Source: Octopus bimaculoides (lineage: Eukaryota). From it: a DNA stretch of 64,000 nt. Positions within the stretch are counted from its first letter, which is position 1. Each line of letters opens with the position of its first letter. Made by a program: the position numbers and the translations under genes. The notes beneath the pieces are model-generated. The model was not told the DNA's origin, did no database searches, and saw only the letters and a program-made list of their open reading frames with translations. The stretch covers positions 6,949,412-7,013,411 of the forward strand of contig NC_068997.1 of assembly GCF_001194135.2 (NCBI RefSeq). Reading direction: 5' to 3'. Of this stretch, positions 49,441 to 62,559 are shown one piece after another.

Positions 49441-49695
49441 GTGATGGTGGCATGTAAAATGCACCATTCGAGCGTGGTCAATGCCAGTACCACTTGACTG
49501 GCCTTCATGCCAGTGGCACATAAAAGCACCCACTACACTCTCGGAGTGGTTGGCATTAGGAAGGGCATCCAGCTGTAGAAACTCTGCCAGATCAGATTGG
49601 AACCTGGTGCAGCCTTCTGGCTTGCCAGCCCTCAGTCAAACCATCCAACCCATGCTAGCATGGAGAGCGGACGTTAAACGATGATGATGATGATG
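49441..49695 (+). mobile_element. RTE LINE 3' UTR fragment within TA/TG microsatellites
   Basis: Collinear with 18390-18636 and ends GTTAAACGATGATGATG. Confidence 0.88.
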
Positions 49696-50162
49696 TATAT
49701 GTGTGTATGTATGCATATATATATGTATGTATGTATGTATATATATATGTGTGTGTGTGTGTATATATGTGTATGTATATCTATACATATGTGTGTATAT
49801 TTATATGTGTGTGTGTGTGTGTCTATATATATGTATATGTAACATCATCACCATCCTTTACTGTCCATTGTCCATGCTGGCATGGGTTGGACAGTTTGAC
49901 TGGGCTGGCACGAAGGAAGGCAGCACCAGACTCCAGTGTGATTTGGCTCAAAGTTCAAAGATCATGCTTCCCCACAGCATGACATGTCTTCCTGGATCTA
50001 CTTCTACCACAGGTTCCTTCCACAGTTAGAGATCAGCACTTAACAATAACTCTCTATTTAAGTGGGCCATGTTGTCCAAATCTTGATTTGAATGACTTCG
50101 CCAGGTGGTACTTTTAAGTTAGACATGCCTGGGCCAATACTAGCTGAAACCTATCAAAGTAA

Positions 50163-50224
<62 letters not shown>

Positions 50225-50674
50225 GTTTATATATATACTTACTTTGATAGGTGTATATGTGTGTGTGTGTGTATATATATATATACATACACAGATACAT
50301 ATAGATAGATAAATCCACATATATACACATACACACACACACCTAAAGCTTGTTGTAAACCTATCTGCTGCCTCCAGCACAACTACTTAATCACTGCTTT
50401 CCTAATTCCAATTATAAAATCACTAATTAATAGCCTGGGAGATTAGGTAAACTGTGATCTGTGACCTGTATGATGTTGTTGTTGTTGTGTGTGTGTGTTT
50501 GTGTGGACATCAACACAGAGTTGAGACAAGAGAGCCAGTGGGGAGCATGAAGTGAATAGATCATGGCAAGTTGGGTTATAAAAATTCAGATTTTTCTATA
50601 TTTCAGGCATTCTACTTTACTTCAGCTTGATATGACATGGAATATTACTGGTATTATACCTGGAATCTATTATC

Positions 50675-51130
<456 letters not shown>

Positions 51131-54100
51131 GTTTCTTTTGATTAGACATAAATGCTCCGTGTTTGTTGGAAGGAAAAGTAAGAAGACAATGAATGAAGAC
51201 CCTGCTGGGGCCCTGGGGCCCTCCCTCCCCTACTTCAACTCCTAAGAACCGAAACCCTGTTGTGGTCCCGGCCAACCAAAAGCAAACTCCTTTGTTTTGT
51301 AGCACTCAATACCCTATGAAATTATTATTAACAAAAGACCAGCAGAGTTGGGAGACACAGAGGTGTGGCAGAACAGATCTTAAGCACTATCAAGAGAAGT
51401 GTCATTGCCCTAAGTTCTATTTTCAGATCCTGCTCAAGTCAATACTGTTTCTTGTGAGGTTGGTATAATAAATACTAGTAATGATGTGATCATCTAACAT
51501 TTTAACTTACTCAGAGATGCCATTATTTTTTTAATAATTCTAGTTTCTGTGTACATACATTTACTCGGTGATTTTCTCATCACTGCCTGCTTTGGCAAAA
51601 TTTAAGTTTTCCTGATAAGGTCATAACTGGACTGAAACATTTCTAGAGTTGTCTCCCATACTTGTCAAATTAATTAAAATAATATCAATGGAGATATATT
51701 GAGTTTTTTTGTTAACACTAACTTCACTAAAATACAGAAAAGTTACCAGTAAGTGTTTTAGTCAAGTCTAAGTAGAAAGATGCTACAGATATAATGAAGG
51801 GCCATTGATAGGAGCTGAACCCCTGGTGATTGTGTTCTCAATGGACACTTCACAGCTGAATGGCTAAACAGTTCATAAGATCCTAAGTTCAATCTCACCG
51901 CATGCCATCTTGGAGCAAACAAAAACAGCAGAAGCTCACTGGATGGACTGTGTTTTTTTATTATTCAAAAGTTCAGTCAAGTCATGATGATTATGTTAAA
52001 AGGTACATATGTACTTGGGATACTCAGCCAATTTCACATTCATTATGTTAATCGAATGAATAGGAAGTTCAATTGGCTGAATAAATGAACATTCATTATT
52101 GAACTTGACAGAGATCCAGTTTCTTTGTAGCAGAATGAGAGGGAAAGTTAATTACAAAGTAGTAAATGACATTAGCATTAAAAAAAGTAAAAGGAAAAAA
52201 AAAACAGAGAAGACATAGTTTGACATTAATATAAACTGTAGAGTTTATGATGGGTGGAAAGAGGGTGGTGGTGGTGGTGTTTTGTGTGTGAGGATAAGGG
52301 AATGAGGGAAAGCTTGAATCAGTCTGCAAATGGAATGGGAAACCAAAAAAGGACTAAGGCTACTGGTGACTGCAGATGGATGTAACAAATCTTTTATATT
52401 TCCCCAGCTCCACCATCTCGTCTGTCTCGGTAGACATCTGCTGNNNNNNNNNNNNNNNNNNNNNNNNNNNNNNNNNNNNNNNNNNNNNNNNNNNNNNNNN
52501 NNNNNNNNNNNNNNNNNNNNNNNNNNNNNNNNNNNNNNNNNNNNNNNNNNNNNNNNNNNNNNNNNNNNNNNNNNNNNNNNNNNNNNNNNNNNNNNNNNNN
52601 NNNNNNNNNNNNNNNNNNNNNNNNNNNNNNNNNNNNNNNNNNNNNNNNNNNNNNNNNNNNAGGAGGAGGGGGAGAAGAAGGAGGAGGAGAAGAAGGAGGA
52701 GGAGAAGAAGGAGGAGGAGAAGAAGGAGGAAGAGAAGGAGGAGAAGTTTGAGAGAAAGGGAGGAGCATTGATGGTGAAATGTATAAAGAAAAAGAGACAT
52801 TGGAGAGAGTGAGAGCATGAGAGAAACGGACATTAGAAACAGTTGTTGTTGCTTAGCTCCAGGTCAGATCTGACTGAGTAAACCTATGATCAAAGACATT
52901 CCAGGCATGACCATCTCATCCTTTTGTAACATGCAAGGTGCTCAAGATCACATTATCAAAAATGTGGCTGTTATTTCTAGCAGGGCAAGTGACCACGTAG
53001 GGGGTTTTACCATTAGATTAGAAACTGAGGAGTATTTGGTAAAAGGGTGAAGACATAAAATATAAAGATAGGTGGGGGGGGATAGGAAAAGGAGGGAGAG
53101 CAATATAGAAAGAGAGGAAAAGAGTATGATGTCTGCATAAGACGAATGGATCAGTTTGTGGTGGCCATGATAAATTCAAAGCATTGGTTGGAAGGAAAAG
53201 AGAGAGAGAGAGAGAGAGAGAAGCAATGGAGGCAGAGATGAAAGGTCAGACATGAATAATAATAACAAAGGGTTTGATAATTAGAAAGATGTAAGGAATG
53301 AAAATGGAGAAAAGACCAACATTAACAGATTAGGGTGTAGAGGGTGAGCAAGCAGGTGGAGGGGTGGACTGTGGGGGTGTTTAAAAGAAAATAACTGAAA
53401 ATATTGCAGGAAATAATCATCAGAGGGAGCAGGGTGACATTTTGTATGAAGAAAAAGTGGTTGGGGTAATAGGTTTATTAGTAAACTTTAGTTTCACTCA
53501 ATGTAATTGTCACTATGAAGGTGTTAGGGGTGGTGATGGTGCTTTGGAAAAGTGGGTGGGTGGGTGAGTCAATAATGTCAAAATACCAAGAATATATTGT
53601 AATTGGCTCAATTAATTATAAGAGCCCCAGACAAAAATCAGTTTTGTATCAAATTACCAGCTCATTACTGATGATGATGACGATGATGATGATTTCTGGC
53701 ACCAAGTTTGGAAAAGTAGTACAGTCAATTATAATGACCCTAGTACATTACTGGTACTTTCTTTTTATGAAGTTGAGAAAGATGAAAGGCAAAACGGAAC
53801 TCAGTGAGATTTAAACTCAGACCATAAAGGGATGAAACTAAATAGCACAAGGCATTTTTATCCCAAGTTCTACCAATTCTCTTGCACATCACCCTAACGA
53901 CAAGGACTTCTTTTAATTGCTACAAATGGCCCAACACATTGTGGAAGCACAAATGAGAAATACATAAAATACTCACATACACAAAGGCAATGTTTCATGT
54001 TTGTCCAGCACACAGTTGACCTCCCTGCACCTGATATCACTTGAATATAAAACCACACACATACTAAGTCTACAAGAAAGATCTAGAACAAGTCTGGTTG

Positions 54101-54333
54101 CTGCTACAAACCTCTACCTGTAGAGTTCGACCAGAATAGACATAGCACCACTGGAGTGTTGCTGCTGGACAAAGTGGAAACTTTTAGAAACTGTTAATAA
54201 ACTCTGATACTAAACCATTGTCGCTCATACTCTCTTGTAACCTTCAAGAGAATATGAAGACAGACGTTCTAATGACTCTATTGTCAACCAAGAAAAATGA
54301 ATGGAGCACCTGACAACATCCCCAATACCCAAT

Positions 54334-54525
54334 CATCATCATCGTTTAACGCCCGCCTTCCATGCTAGCATGGGTTGGACGATTTGACTGAGGACTGGTG
54401 AAACCAGATGGCAACACCAGGCTCCAATCTGATTTGGCAGAGTTTCTACAGCTGGATGCCCTTCCTAATGCCAACCACTCAGAGAGTGTAGTGGGTGCTT
54501 TTACGTGTCACCCGCACGAAAGCCA
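54334..54525 (-). mobile_element. RTE LINE 3' end
   Basis: (CAT)n-CGTTTAACGCCCGCCTTCCATGCTAGCATGGG...GGATGCCCTTCCTAATGCCAACCACTC; followed by a family B SINE on - at about 54538-54709. Confidence 0.88.
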
Positions 54526-54746
54526 GGATGATATTTTCTATTATAGGCACAAGGCCAGCAATTTCGAAGATGGGGTGGGCAAGCTGATTGTATCAACTCC
54601 AGTACAAAGCTGGCCCCTGACAGCATTTGAATTCAGAACAGAAAGCCAGGAAAATGTTACTAAGCATTTTGTCCAGTGAACTAACCATTCTGCTAGCTTA
54701 CCAGCTTCACAGTAATAATAACAATATAATAATAATATAGACATAG

Positions 54747-55148
54747 GATATAGTAACCTTTAGGAGGGACAAAGAAGAGTGCCTAATAACTGACGTGGTA
54801 ATACCAGGAGATCAATATATCATCATGAAAGAAAGAGAAAAGGTTGATAAATACAGAGACCTGAGAAATGAGATTGCTAAGATATGGCAGCTACTAGAGT
54901 CAAACATAAAGGTTATCCCTATTGGCACCAGAACATAGGGTTCAATACCACCCAATCTGAAAAAACGTCTGAAAATCTTAGAAATACTCTACAACCTAGA
55001 TTTATTGTAAAAGTTGGCATTACTTGGAGCTGCATGCATATTGCGTAAAGTACTGTCTGTCTGAGGTCCTTGTTGTAATTTGATAAATGGTATGAACCCC
55101 TGGCAGACACAATATCTTCAATCAACAACTTTACGATATTGTATACTG
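54747..55148 (+). mobile_element. R4/Dong-like non-LTR retrotransposon 3' fragment (restriction-like endonuclease), copy 1
   Basis: One frame 54747-55064 reads DIVTFRRDKEECLITDVVIPGDQYIIMKEREKVDKYRDLRNEIAKIWQLLESNIKVIPIG...*...LL*KLALLGAACILRKVLSV*, the (RP)DIV...C.I.D...P.D...KE.EK..KY.DL..E...W RLE pattern. Followed by a (GAT)n tract. Confidence 0.82.
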
Positions 55149-55419
55149 GATGATGATGATGATGATGGTGGTGGTGATGATGATGATGATGATGATAGTG
55201 ATGATGATGATGATGATGATGGTGATGGTAATGATGATGATGATGATGATCATCATCATCATCATCATCATCATTTAACGTCCGCTTTCCATGCTAGCAT
55301 GGGTTGGATGATTTGACTGGAGCATTGTTGATGTGAGAATGATTACCACCCATGTTTTTTTGTCTTACATAACTTCATTTTATTTTGAAAATGAACAATC
55401 TGGTGTGTTTAGTTTAAAG

Positions 55420-56050
55420 GCCTATCAATGTTTGCAGTGAGATTCTTTGCCCTAGAAGTCGGGAAGACATTTGGCAAGAAATGGAAACAAAATTGAAAGA
55501 AGAAAAAAATGATGATGATAATAATAAAGACAAAAGAGCGCATTGGAATGTTAGCCAAGTGTGTGGCTTCAAAACAACAGAAAAGTAGTATGAGCACACA
55601 TGAGAGGCTATGATAGAAAATGAGAATTACAGGATCTTGTGGGACTTCACTATAAAGGCTGACCATACTATCAAAGCAAGAAGACCAGATGTGATTATAG
55701 AAGACAAAATAAACAGTGTAAGATCATAGATTTTGCAATTCCCTATAAAAGTAGAGTCGATAAGAAAGAAACTGAAAAAAGAAATTGAGAAATATCAGGA
55801 TCTAGCCAGAGAACTGACGACTCTGTGGAAGACTAAGACAACAATTATTCCTATGATAATTGGTGCACTTGGCACATCAACCAAAATACTACCTAAAAGA
55901 GATGGGAATTGAAACTCATATAGTCAAGCTGCAGAAAAGTACCATCGTATATTCTGCAAGAATCCTAAGAAAAATTCTTGAGATATGAGAAGACTTGTCA
56001 CCAAATCTCAAGATAAAATACCTACCACATAAATTAGCACCAGTGAAATA
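55420..56050 (+). mobile_element. R4/Dong-like non-LTR retrotransposon 3' fragment, copy 2 (different subfamily)
   Basis: With stops and frameshifts it reads HWNVSQVCGF...IENENYRILWDFTIKADHTIKARRPDVIIEDK/CKIIDFAIP...EIEKYQDLARELTTLWK...IIPMIIGALG/...KLQK...SARILRKILEI* (TGA at 55986-55988). Confidence 0.85.
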
Positions 56051-56188
56051 ATAGTAACAATTCCCAAGTTGAAAGCAAATAATTTTTCATTGCTCACAGA
56101 CAACCAAATAAAGTGTCATTTCTTTCATAGCCCATCATGAGTCCTGTGACCCTTTCAAAGGAAACATCAATGAAATGAGATGACTTAC

Positions 56189-56334
56189 TTTTAACTTCCT
56201 CACATGCTAGTCCTAAGTCGGGTCCAGAATAACTTGCAAATAATTCCTCGGAAAACTCTGCCAGTCGCACCAAAGGAACCTCAGTGTGTGTACGGCCATG
56301 CCAGATTTCAGTGTCAAATTTTGTACTGTATTGC
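56189..56334 (-). CDS. PP2C-like domain protein, upstream coding exon
   Basis: Acceptor ATTATTTTTCTAG and donor A|GTAAGT; 146 nt. Encodes QYSTKFDTEIWHGRTHTEVPLVRLAEFSEELFASYSGPDLGLACEEVK, resembling from memory the G....E.P...A..GPD.GL N-terminal block of CG9801-type proteins. Its phase-1 end joins exon 39349 in frame across a ~16.8-kb intron. Not in the ORF track in this frame. Confidence 0.8.
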
Positions 56335-57049
56335 CTAGAAAAATAATCAGGAAGTCATTAAAATACAAGAAAAAAATTAAATAAACAAGATATAGAGAAA
56401 CATATACCACATGTGTAAATACATGTATTCACATGTGTTCACACATGCATTGATAATATATAAACATATATAAATATATATGCATATATACAAACACACA
56501 TAATATGCAGTTTCATACATCTGCGTATTACATGTATGCAGTGTTTGCTGCATGTCTACAGCTATCATTGAATCATATGAACATAATATTGCAGACAACA
56601 TATGTAACATTCGGCAATTAGCAGCTGATAATGATGCAACTGAAACAATTGTAGTGTAATAAAGCCTGTTCAATCCATCTGCTCGTGTTGAAATTTCTTT
56701 GTTTATACTCTACAGATATCTGCAGATGTCCACGTGCATATCCAGCAGTAACACAAGTCCCTTTTTTGTCTGACAGCTGATTCCCAGAGAGGAGCCTTGC
56801 AAAGCAAACTATAAACTGATTACCAAGATTATATAAAAATTATAGGAAGGGCATCCAGCTGTAGAAACTCTGCCAAATCAGATTGGAGCCTGGTGTAGCC
56901 ATCTGGTTCACCAGTCCTCAGTTAAATCGTCCAACCCATGCTAGCATGGAAAGCGGACGTTAAACAATGATGATATTTGTATATGTTTTCTTCTTTTATG
57001 TCTCACCTGTTTTAGTTGTTAAATGAAACAGTTAAGATGCCACACTGAG

Positions 57050-57597
57050 GCACCACTCCAGTACCCAAGCCCTGTTACTTACTCCATCAGTCTCTTTTAG
57101 CAAAACACTAAGTTACAAGGGCATAAACAAACCAACACCAGTTATCAAGTGGGGGTGGGAGAAAGACTCACACATATATGTATACGTGGCTCCCATGCTG
57201 GTGGCATGATCGTTGCCAGCGTCGCCTTACTGGTACATGTGCCGGTGGCACGTGAAAAACAACATTCGAGCGTGGTCATTGCCAGTGCTGCTAGACTGGC
57301 TCCCATGATGGTGACATGTAAAAAAAACCTTTTGAGTGTGTCCGTTGCCAGTAGCGCCTGACTGGCCCTCGTGCCAGTGACATGTAAAAGCACCCACTAC
57401 ACTCTTGGAGTGGTTGGCGTTAGGAAGGGCATCCAACTGTAGAAACTTTGCCACATCAGATTGGAGCCTGGTGCAGCCTTCTGGTCCACCAGTCCTCAGT
57501 CAAACCATCCAATCCATGCCAGCATGGAAAGTGGATGTTAAACAACAACAATGATGATGATGAAATATATATATGTACACAATGAGCTTCTTTCAGT
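57050..57597. mobile_element. nested insertion: RTE 3' UTR (+, 57187-57562) inside the internal microsatellite of a family A SINE (-)
   Basis: SINE-A tail on - at 57050-57185, then the RTE UTR with (GAT)n tail, then the SINE resumes at TATATATGTACACAATGAGCTTCTTTCAGT. Confidence 0.8.
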
Positions 57598-58444
57598 ACA
57601 CACACACACACGCACACATGTACATAAGGCAGGTTGTCTCTTTCAGACCACTTTTCAACAGAACACTCAATGCATTCTGATATGCAGAATAAATTTCTTC
57701 CTTGAGTATTTACTCAACATATCTTGAGACAATTGTGATGAAGCAGAACAATTTAATGAGCATTTCTAATCTTACAAAGAAAAAATATGGAAAATATTTT
57801 AACATGATGCCAATTTTGGATTGGAAGCTGGAAAAAAGTTGGTTCATTGTTTTGTTTGCCCTGTCCAGTTTAACACATTTAAGGGATGGACAAGTGGCAC
57901 ACAGAGATATGTATACATTTCTAACCTTCAATGAATTACGTGTGTGTGTGTGTGTGCGCGTGTGTGCATGTGTGTGTGTGTAATTGATAACGAAGAGGGG
58001 AGTGGAGATTTATTCACATCCCAAACTTTTTTTGTTAGAAATGTTTTCTACAGCATATGTGACACTGACCATCATACAAGTGAAGCTTACCAGTGCTAAT
58101 ATCTCTTTTAAGTCCCACTGTCCTATAAATAGGACACTAAATAAGAACATTAAATAAGCTATATCATATTGTCTCAGTGTCCTGTTTATAGGACACTGAA
58201 TATTTCCATTTCTATTTGAAGTGAAGAAGTTTTAATTATTTTTTTAGTTTAACCTATTTTCAATCATTTGCAAAAATTTTAAATATTCAGAAATTTAAGT
58301 ACTCTGGGACTTAATAGGTTAAGTTTGAATACTATGTAATTGGATTGTTGTGGATAGGCGGCATCTATACCAGTTTGTATCTGCCAGGATAATTTATCCC
58401 TTTTATAATCTCTCTCTCTCTCTCTCTTTCTTTATAAATATAGG

Positions 58445-58720
58445 CCTGCACCTCTGGAGCTGGTGATCTGGGTTCAAATCCCGCTGGGACCATGAGAAAA
58501 AAGAACCCTCACACATGGGTCGTCCGAGTGCTCGTCAGTGTATCGAGTTGGAAACGGGTACTTAGCACTTCTCAGGGCCACAAAACACATCACCAGAGAA
58601 ACCAATCCCACCCAAGGCAAGGCATACTAAAACGGACAGTAGGTGGACATCCGGGGGTCATGACTCGGATGTGGCCTGACCCCCATTAGAGTGTCAGGAG
58701 TTAAGGGTTGAAACACTTGC
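58445..58720 (+). mobile_element. unclassified CpG-retaining SINE-like element with tRNA-like head remnant
   Basis: B-box GGGTTCAAATCCC followed by GCTGGGACCA and a GC-richer body. No second copy found in the window. Confidence 0.4.
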
Positions 58721-60863
58721 CTAGAGGGGGTTTCTCCTCTGAGGATCACCTGCTGTTACACTCCCCCTGAGTTTCTTTCCACCACTATATACATATATAT
58801 GTAAATATAAAAATGGAACAAAATGCAATAAAGGGCATTAAAACGTTTGGACAGATAGACGATACAAAGGAGGACAAGAGAAACAACAATTAGAAGGACA
58901 GGCAAAAAAGATGGGTCATTTGTGACCTTCTTTCTTCAGCCAAGTACCAGAAGTCACGATCATTTTGGGCAGTTACACTTGAGATGGTTCGATCTGATTG
59001 CCCATATATATATATATAACAATTGCAGCGTGGAAGGTGTTTATANNNNNNNNNNNNNNNNNNNNNNNNNNNNNNNNNNNNNNNNNNNNNNNNNNNNNNN
59101 NNNNNNNNNNNNNNNNNNNNNNNNNNNNNNNNNNNNNNNNNNNNNNNNNNNNNNNNNNNNNNNNNNNNNNNNNNNNNNNNNNNNNNNNNNNNNNNNNNNN
59201 NNNNNNNNNNNNNNNNNNNNNNNNNNNNNNNNNNNNNNNNNNNNNNNNNNNNNNNNATATAAAATCAGTAAAAATTTGTTTAGTTTAAATGATATTTCAA
59301 AGTAAATATTCCATGTAATTTTATTTGGGAAATTTGATGTGTGTAAATATTAAATTAGTTGCCTTTGGAGTGAGTTGTCTTCAAATGGTTGAAGTTGAGC
59401 TTTTAGAGAGTTAAATGGCAACTTGGTGTTAATTTAATGTGGATTTTAATTCTATAGTTTCATGCAAAAAATTTGTATATTTATATTATAGATTCATGCA
59501 GAATATGTGTATAGCGAAACCATGTGTTCATGCATGGTATGTATATATAACCATAGCGTGGTTTGATATAGGTAGGGATTTAATGTCCTACCAGTTTACA
59601 CACACACACACACACATACATCAACATGTGTATGTGTGTGTGTGTTTTGACATAGGAATGAAATGCATGCGAGTATTATGCAAAGAAGAGCAGAGAGAAT
59701 GCTGGAAAATTGAATTAGCAAACCTATTTTGATTTACAAATAAAGATAAACCAACTAATAGTCTGGGAGGCAAACTGTCAGTCAAACATATCTTTGACTC
59801 ACAAGTGAAGACAAGTCTTTAACTGCATCTTAACTTAGCGAAGAATTAAAGCAGGACTTGCAGCTACTCTTATATAACCAATTATTTCTCAATCAAGTCA
59901 AATAAATGTAAACAAATGACTGGACACACTAACAATGAAGAAGTGATATTGAACCAGTGCATGTGTTATTACTGGCATAATGACCCTTCCAACTCACAGC
60001 AATGACTGTATCTTCTCTTTTCTAACTGGTATCCATCAATATGTGTTTAATGTTATTGAAAGAAATGAGGTTTCAATGTTCATACTTTTACTGAAAGGGA
60101 GTGTGGGGGGGGTATATAAATTTTCTTTCTTTTATTGGTTTCAATCCGTGGACTACGGCCGAGCTTGGTCAGTGCCTTAAAATGTTTTAGCCAAATTCAT
60201 CAACCACACTGCTTTAACTGATATTTAGTTTATTAGTCTACTTCTCAAATGATTAAATCCTGCTGGTAGACTTGATTTAGATTAAATATATTTTTGTTTG
60301 CTGCACTGATTTACTGGCCATTCCCTTACTCACTTACTCTCTCTCTCTCTCTCACTCACTCACACACAGACACACACACACAAAGACGGGTGTCTGCAAA
60401 GTTTCTGTCTTCCATATTTTTTTTCCCCCCAGTTTTGGACAGTCCAAGGCAACAATAACTATTAAAAGTGCTCCACAGCCAAATTGATGCCAGAACTTTA
60501 TGGTTGCAAAGCAAACGGTCAAACTAAAGGGTTTGACCCGAGCAAAAAGAAAAAAAATAAAATAGTGTAATAGGTGTAAAACAACTTGCTGTAAATGAAC
60601 ATGAAAAAAATGCATGCTTGCAAATGGGGGGTGGGGGGAGAGGACTCGGAAAATGCACATCATCAGACCTCTGAACTCTAGTGTTTGACCTGAGCAAAAA
60701 AAAAAAAAAATCAAAAACTAGTGTGATAGATGTACAACAACATATAGTAAACACATTCTTCATATATATATATTTATATATGTCCACACTCTCTCATTCA
60801 GGTACTGGGGTCCTACTATTCTGTTTGTACCACCAAACTTACACACATACACATACACACATA

Positions 60864-61005
60864 GTTATGGAGGGAACCTGTAGAAGAGTTAGATCCAAGA
60901 AGATGTGGGATGAAGTGTTGAGAAACGATCTTCAGATATTGAGCTTCACAGAGGAGGAGATAAGGGACAGAGACATCTGGTGGACACATGTCAAGCAAAG
61001 TAAAA
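60864..61005 (+). mobile_element. RTE LINE ORF2 C-terminal remnant, diverged
   Basis: VMEGTCRRVRSKKMWDEVLRNDLQILSFTEEEIRDRDIWWTHV aligns with the 17850-17975 translation. Confidence 0.75.
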
Positions 61006-61329
61006 ATCGTGACCATATATCCTGGCATGTCCTTTATAACCACACCAACTAACCAACCATGCCCCCTCCCCAACACCTGTCAAAACCCCACCACAACCCA
61101 TCTTCCCAACACCCCCTTTCTCTCTCCACCATCTGCTACAGATACCTCCACTCTATCACTGAAATTTCCCCTCATATTCTTATGAAGCATCCCCCTTCAC
61201 CCCCTCTGTATCACTTATATCCCCCCCAGCCCCTGGATACATCTCAATCACCATCAATGTTGTTTTCTCTCCTTCTCTCTCCCTCTGATTTATGGATACT
61301 AGAATCCCTACACCTCGCCAATGGACCAA

Positions 61330-61690
61330 CTGCTACAGTTAATGTCCTTGAAAGACTGACCACAACATGGTCTTCACAATTATCACCAACAACTACAAGA
61401 GTAATATCCATTGTTACAAACAGAATTCGGTAATCAAGAGGAATATTCCAAGGTGTTAGTTTATCCATTATGTTGTTTGTCCTGGACGTGGACCTCTTGT
61501 CGGTCTTGTTAAAGAATTGCTAAGGTTACAGATTGGAATATGCAGAAAAGAAGAAAACAAACACACATTTTTAGTTGATGACCGACCCAATGTTATATTC
61601 TGGTAACATGAGCAACATTGAGAGGCAATTAAAATTTGTCATAACATTCTCAAGAGACATAGGAATGGAGTTTTGAGCAAGATAAATGCC
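61330..61690 (+). mobile_element. R4/Dong-like reverse transcriptase remnant
   Basis: Reads RGIFQGVSLSIMLFVLDVDLLSVLLKNC*GYRL...LVDD...QLKFVITFSRDIGMEF*, matching GIFQGDSLSP.LF...GY...HL.YMDDL...FS.DI.MEFG. Ends where the mariner begins. Confidence 0.75.
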
Positions 61691-61699
61691 AGGATTTTC

Positions 61700-62490
61700 T
61701 CAGAAAGAGCAAAAGAAACTGACAGGCATCCTCTGCTGTTTACAGCTGTGCTTGGGAGGAAGTTGTGTAGTGTGTGATCATCACATTGATCATGACAGAG
61801 AAAGTTGTCGTGGCAACACCTGCTCAGAGGCCTATTCAAAGTTGCAGAAAGTGTATGGAGAGGAGTGTATGAGCTGCACACAAGTGTACGAGTGGTTCCG
61901 ATGTTTCCAAGATGGCAGAAAAAATGTCGATATTGGCGAACATTCTGGGAGACCTGCAACCAGCAGAACTGAGAAAAACATTGCAAATGTGCGTGCAGCT
62001 GTGAGGGAAAATCATCGAATCACCATCTGTGAGTTATCAGAGGATGTGTAGGTTAGTTATGGTTCAGTTCAGTCCATTATCACTGAAGATTTGGGTATGA
62101 GACGCGTGCCTTCCAAGTTTGTGCCAAAACTGCTTTCAGTTGACCAAAAAGACACACGGGTTTTTGTTGCACAAGATCTCCTTGACTGTGTCGAGAATGA
62201 TGGAAATTTTTTGAAAACTTTGCATAGGCCTCTGAGCAGGTATCGCCAAGCTTTTGGCAAAATTTGATGCAAATTCTCTGCTCAACTTTCTTTGTCATGG
62301 TCAATACAACGATTACATGCAACACACCTTTCTTCCAAGCACTGCTGTAAACAGTGGAGGTGAGCTAAAAACGTTAAAACTTAGTGCACATGCACAGCAG
62401 AGTTCAGAGTCAATTTGTGCCAAGCGGCTTTACTCTGTGTACTTCAGTTTCGTTACTATGGCAACAGTTCGGATACTAATTGATCAGCCA
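61700..62490. mobile_element. fold-back deletion derivative of a mariner transposon (5' end present in both orientations)
   Basis: + strand gives TCSEAYSKLQKVYGEECMS..QVYEWFRCFQDGR.NVD..EHSGRP.TS...ITICELSEDV*...EDLGMRRV.SKFVPKLL (mariner HTH to linker). - strand 62325-62222 gives MTKKVEQRICIKFCQKLGDTCSEAY. 61704-61835 is an inverted copy of 62222-62360. TIR-like GGCTGATCAATTAGTATCCGAACT and TA at the right end. Confidence 0.85.
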
Positions 62491-62514
62491 TAAAACCACA
62501 TCAAAAACACCACA

Positions 62515-62559
<45 letters not shown>

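Noticed and set aside
51140-51470. GC-richer patch with ORFs on both strands
   Set aside because: No motif match, and the candidate minus-strand acceptor leads to stops in all three phases.
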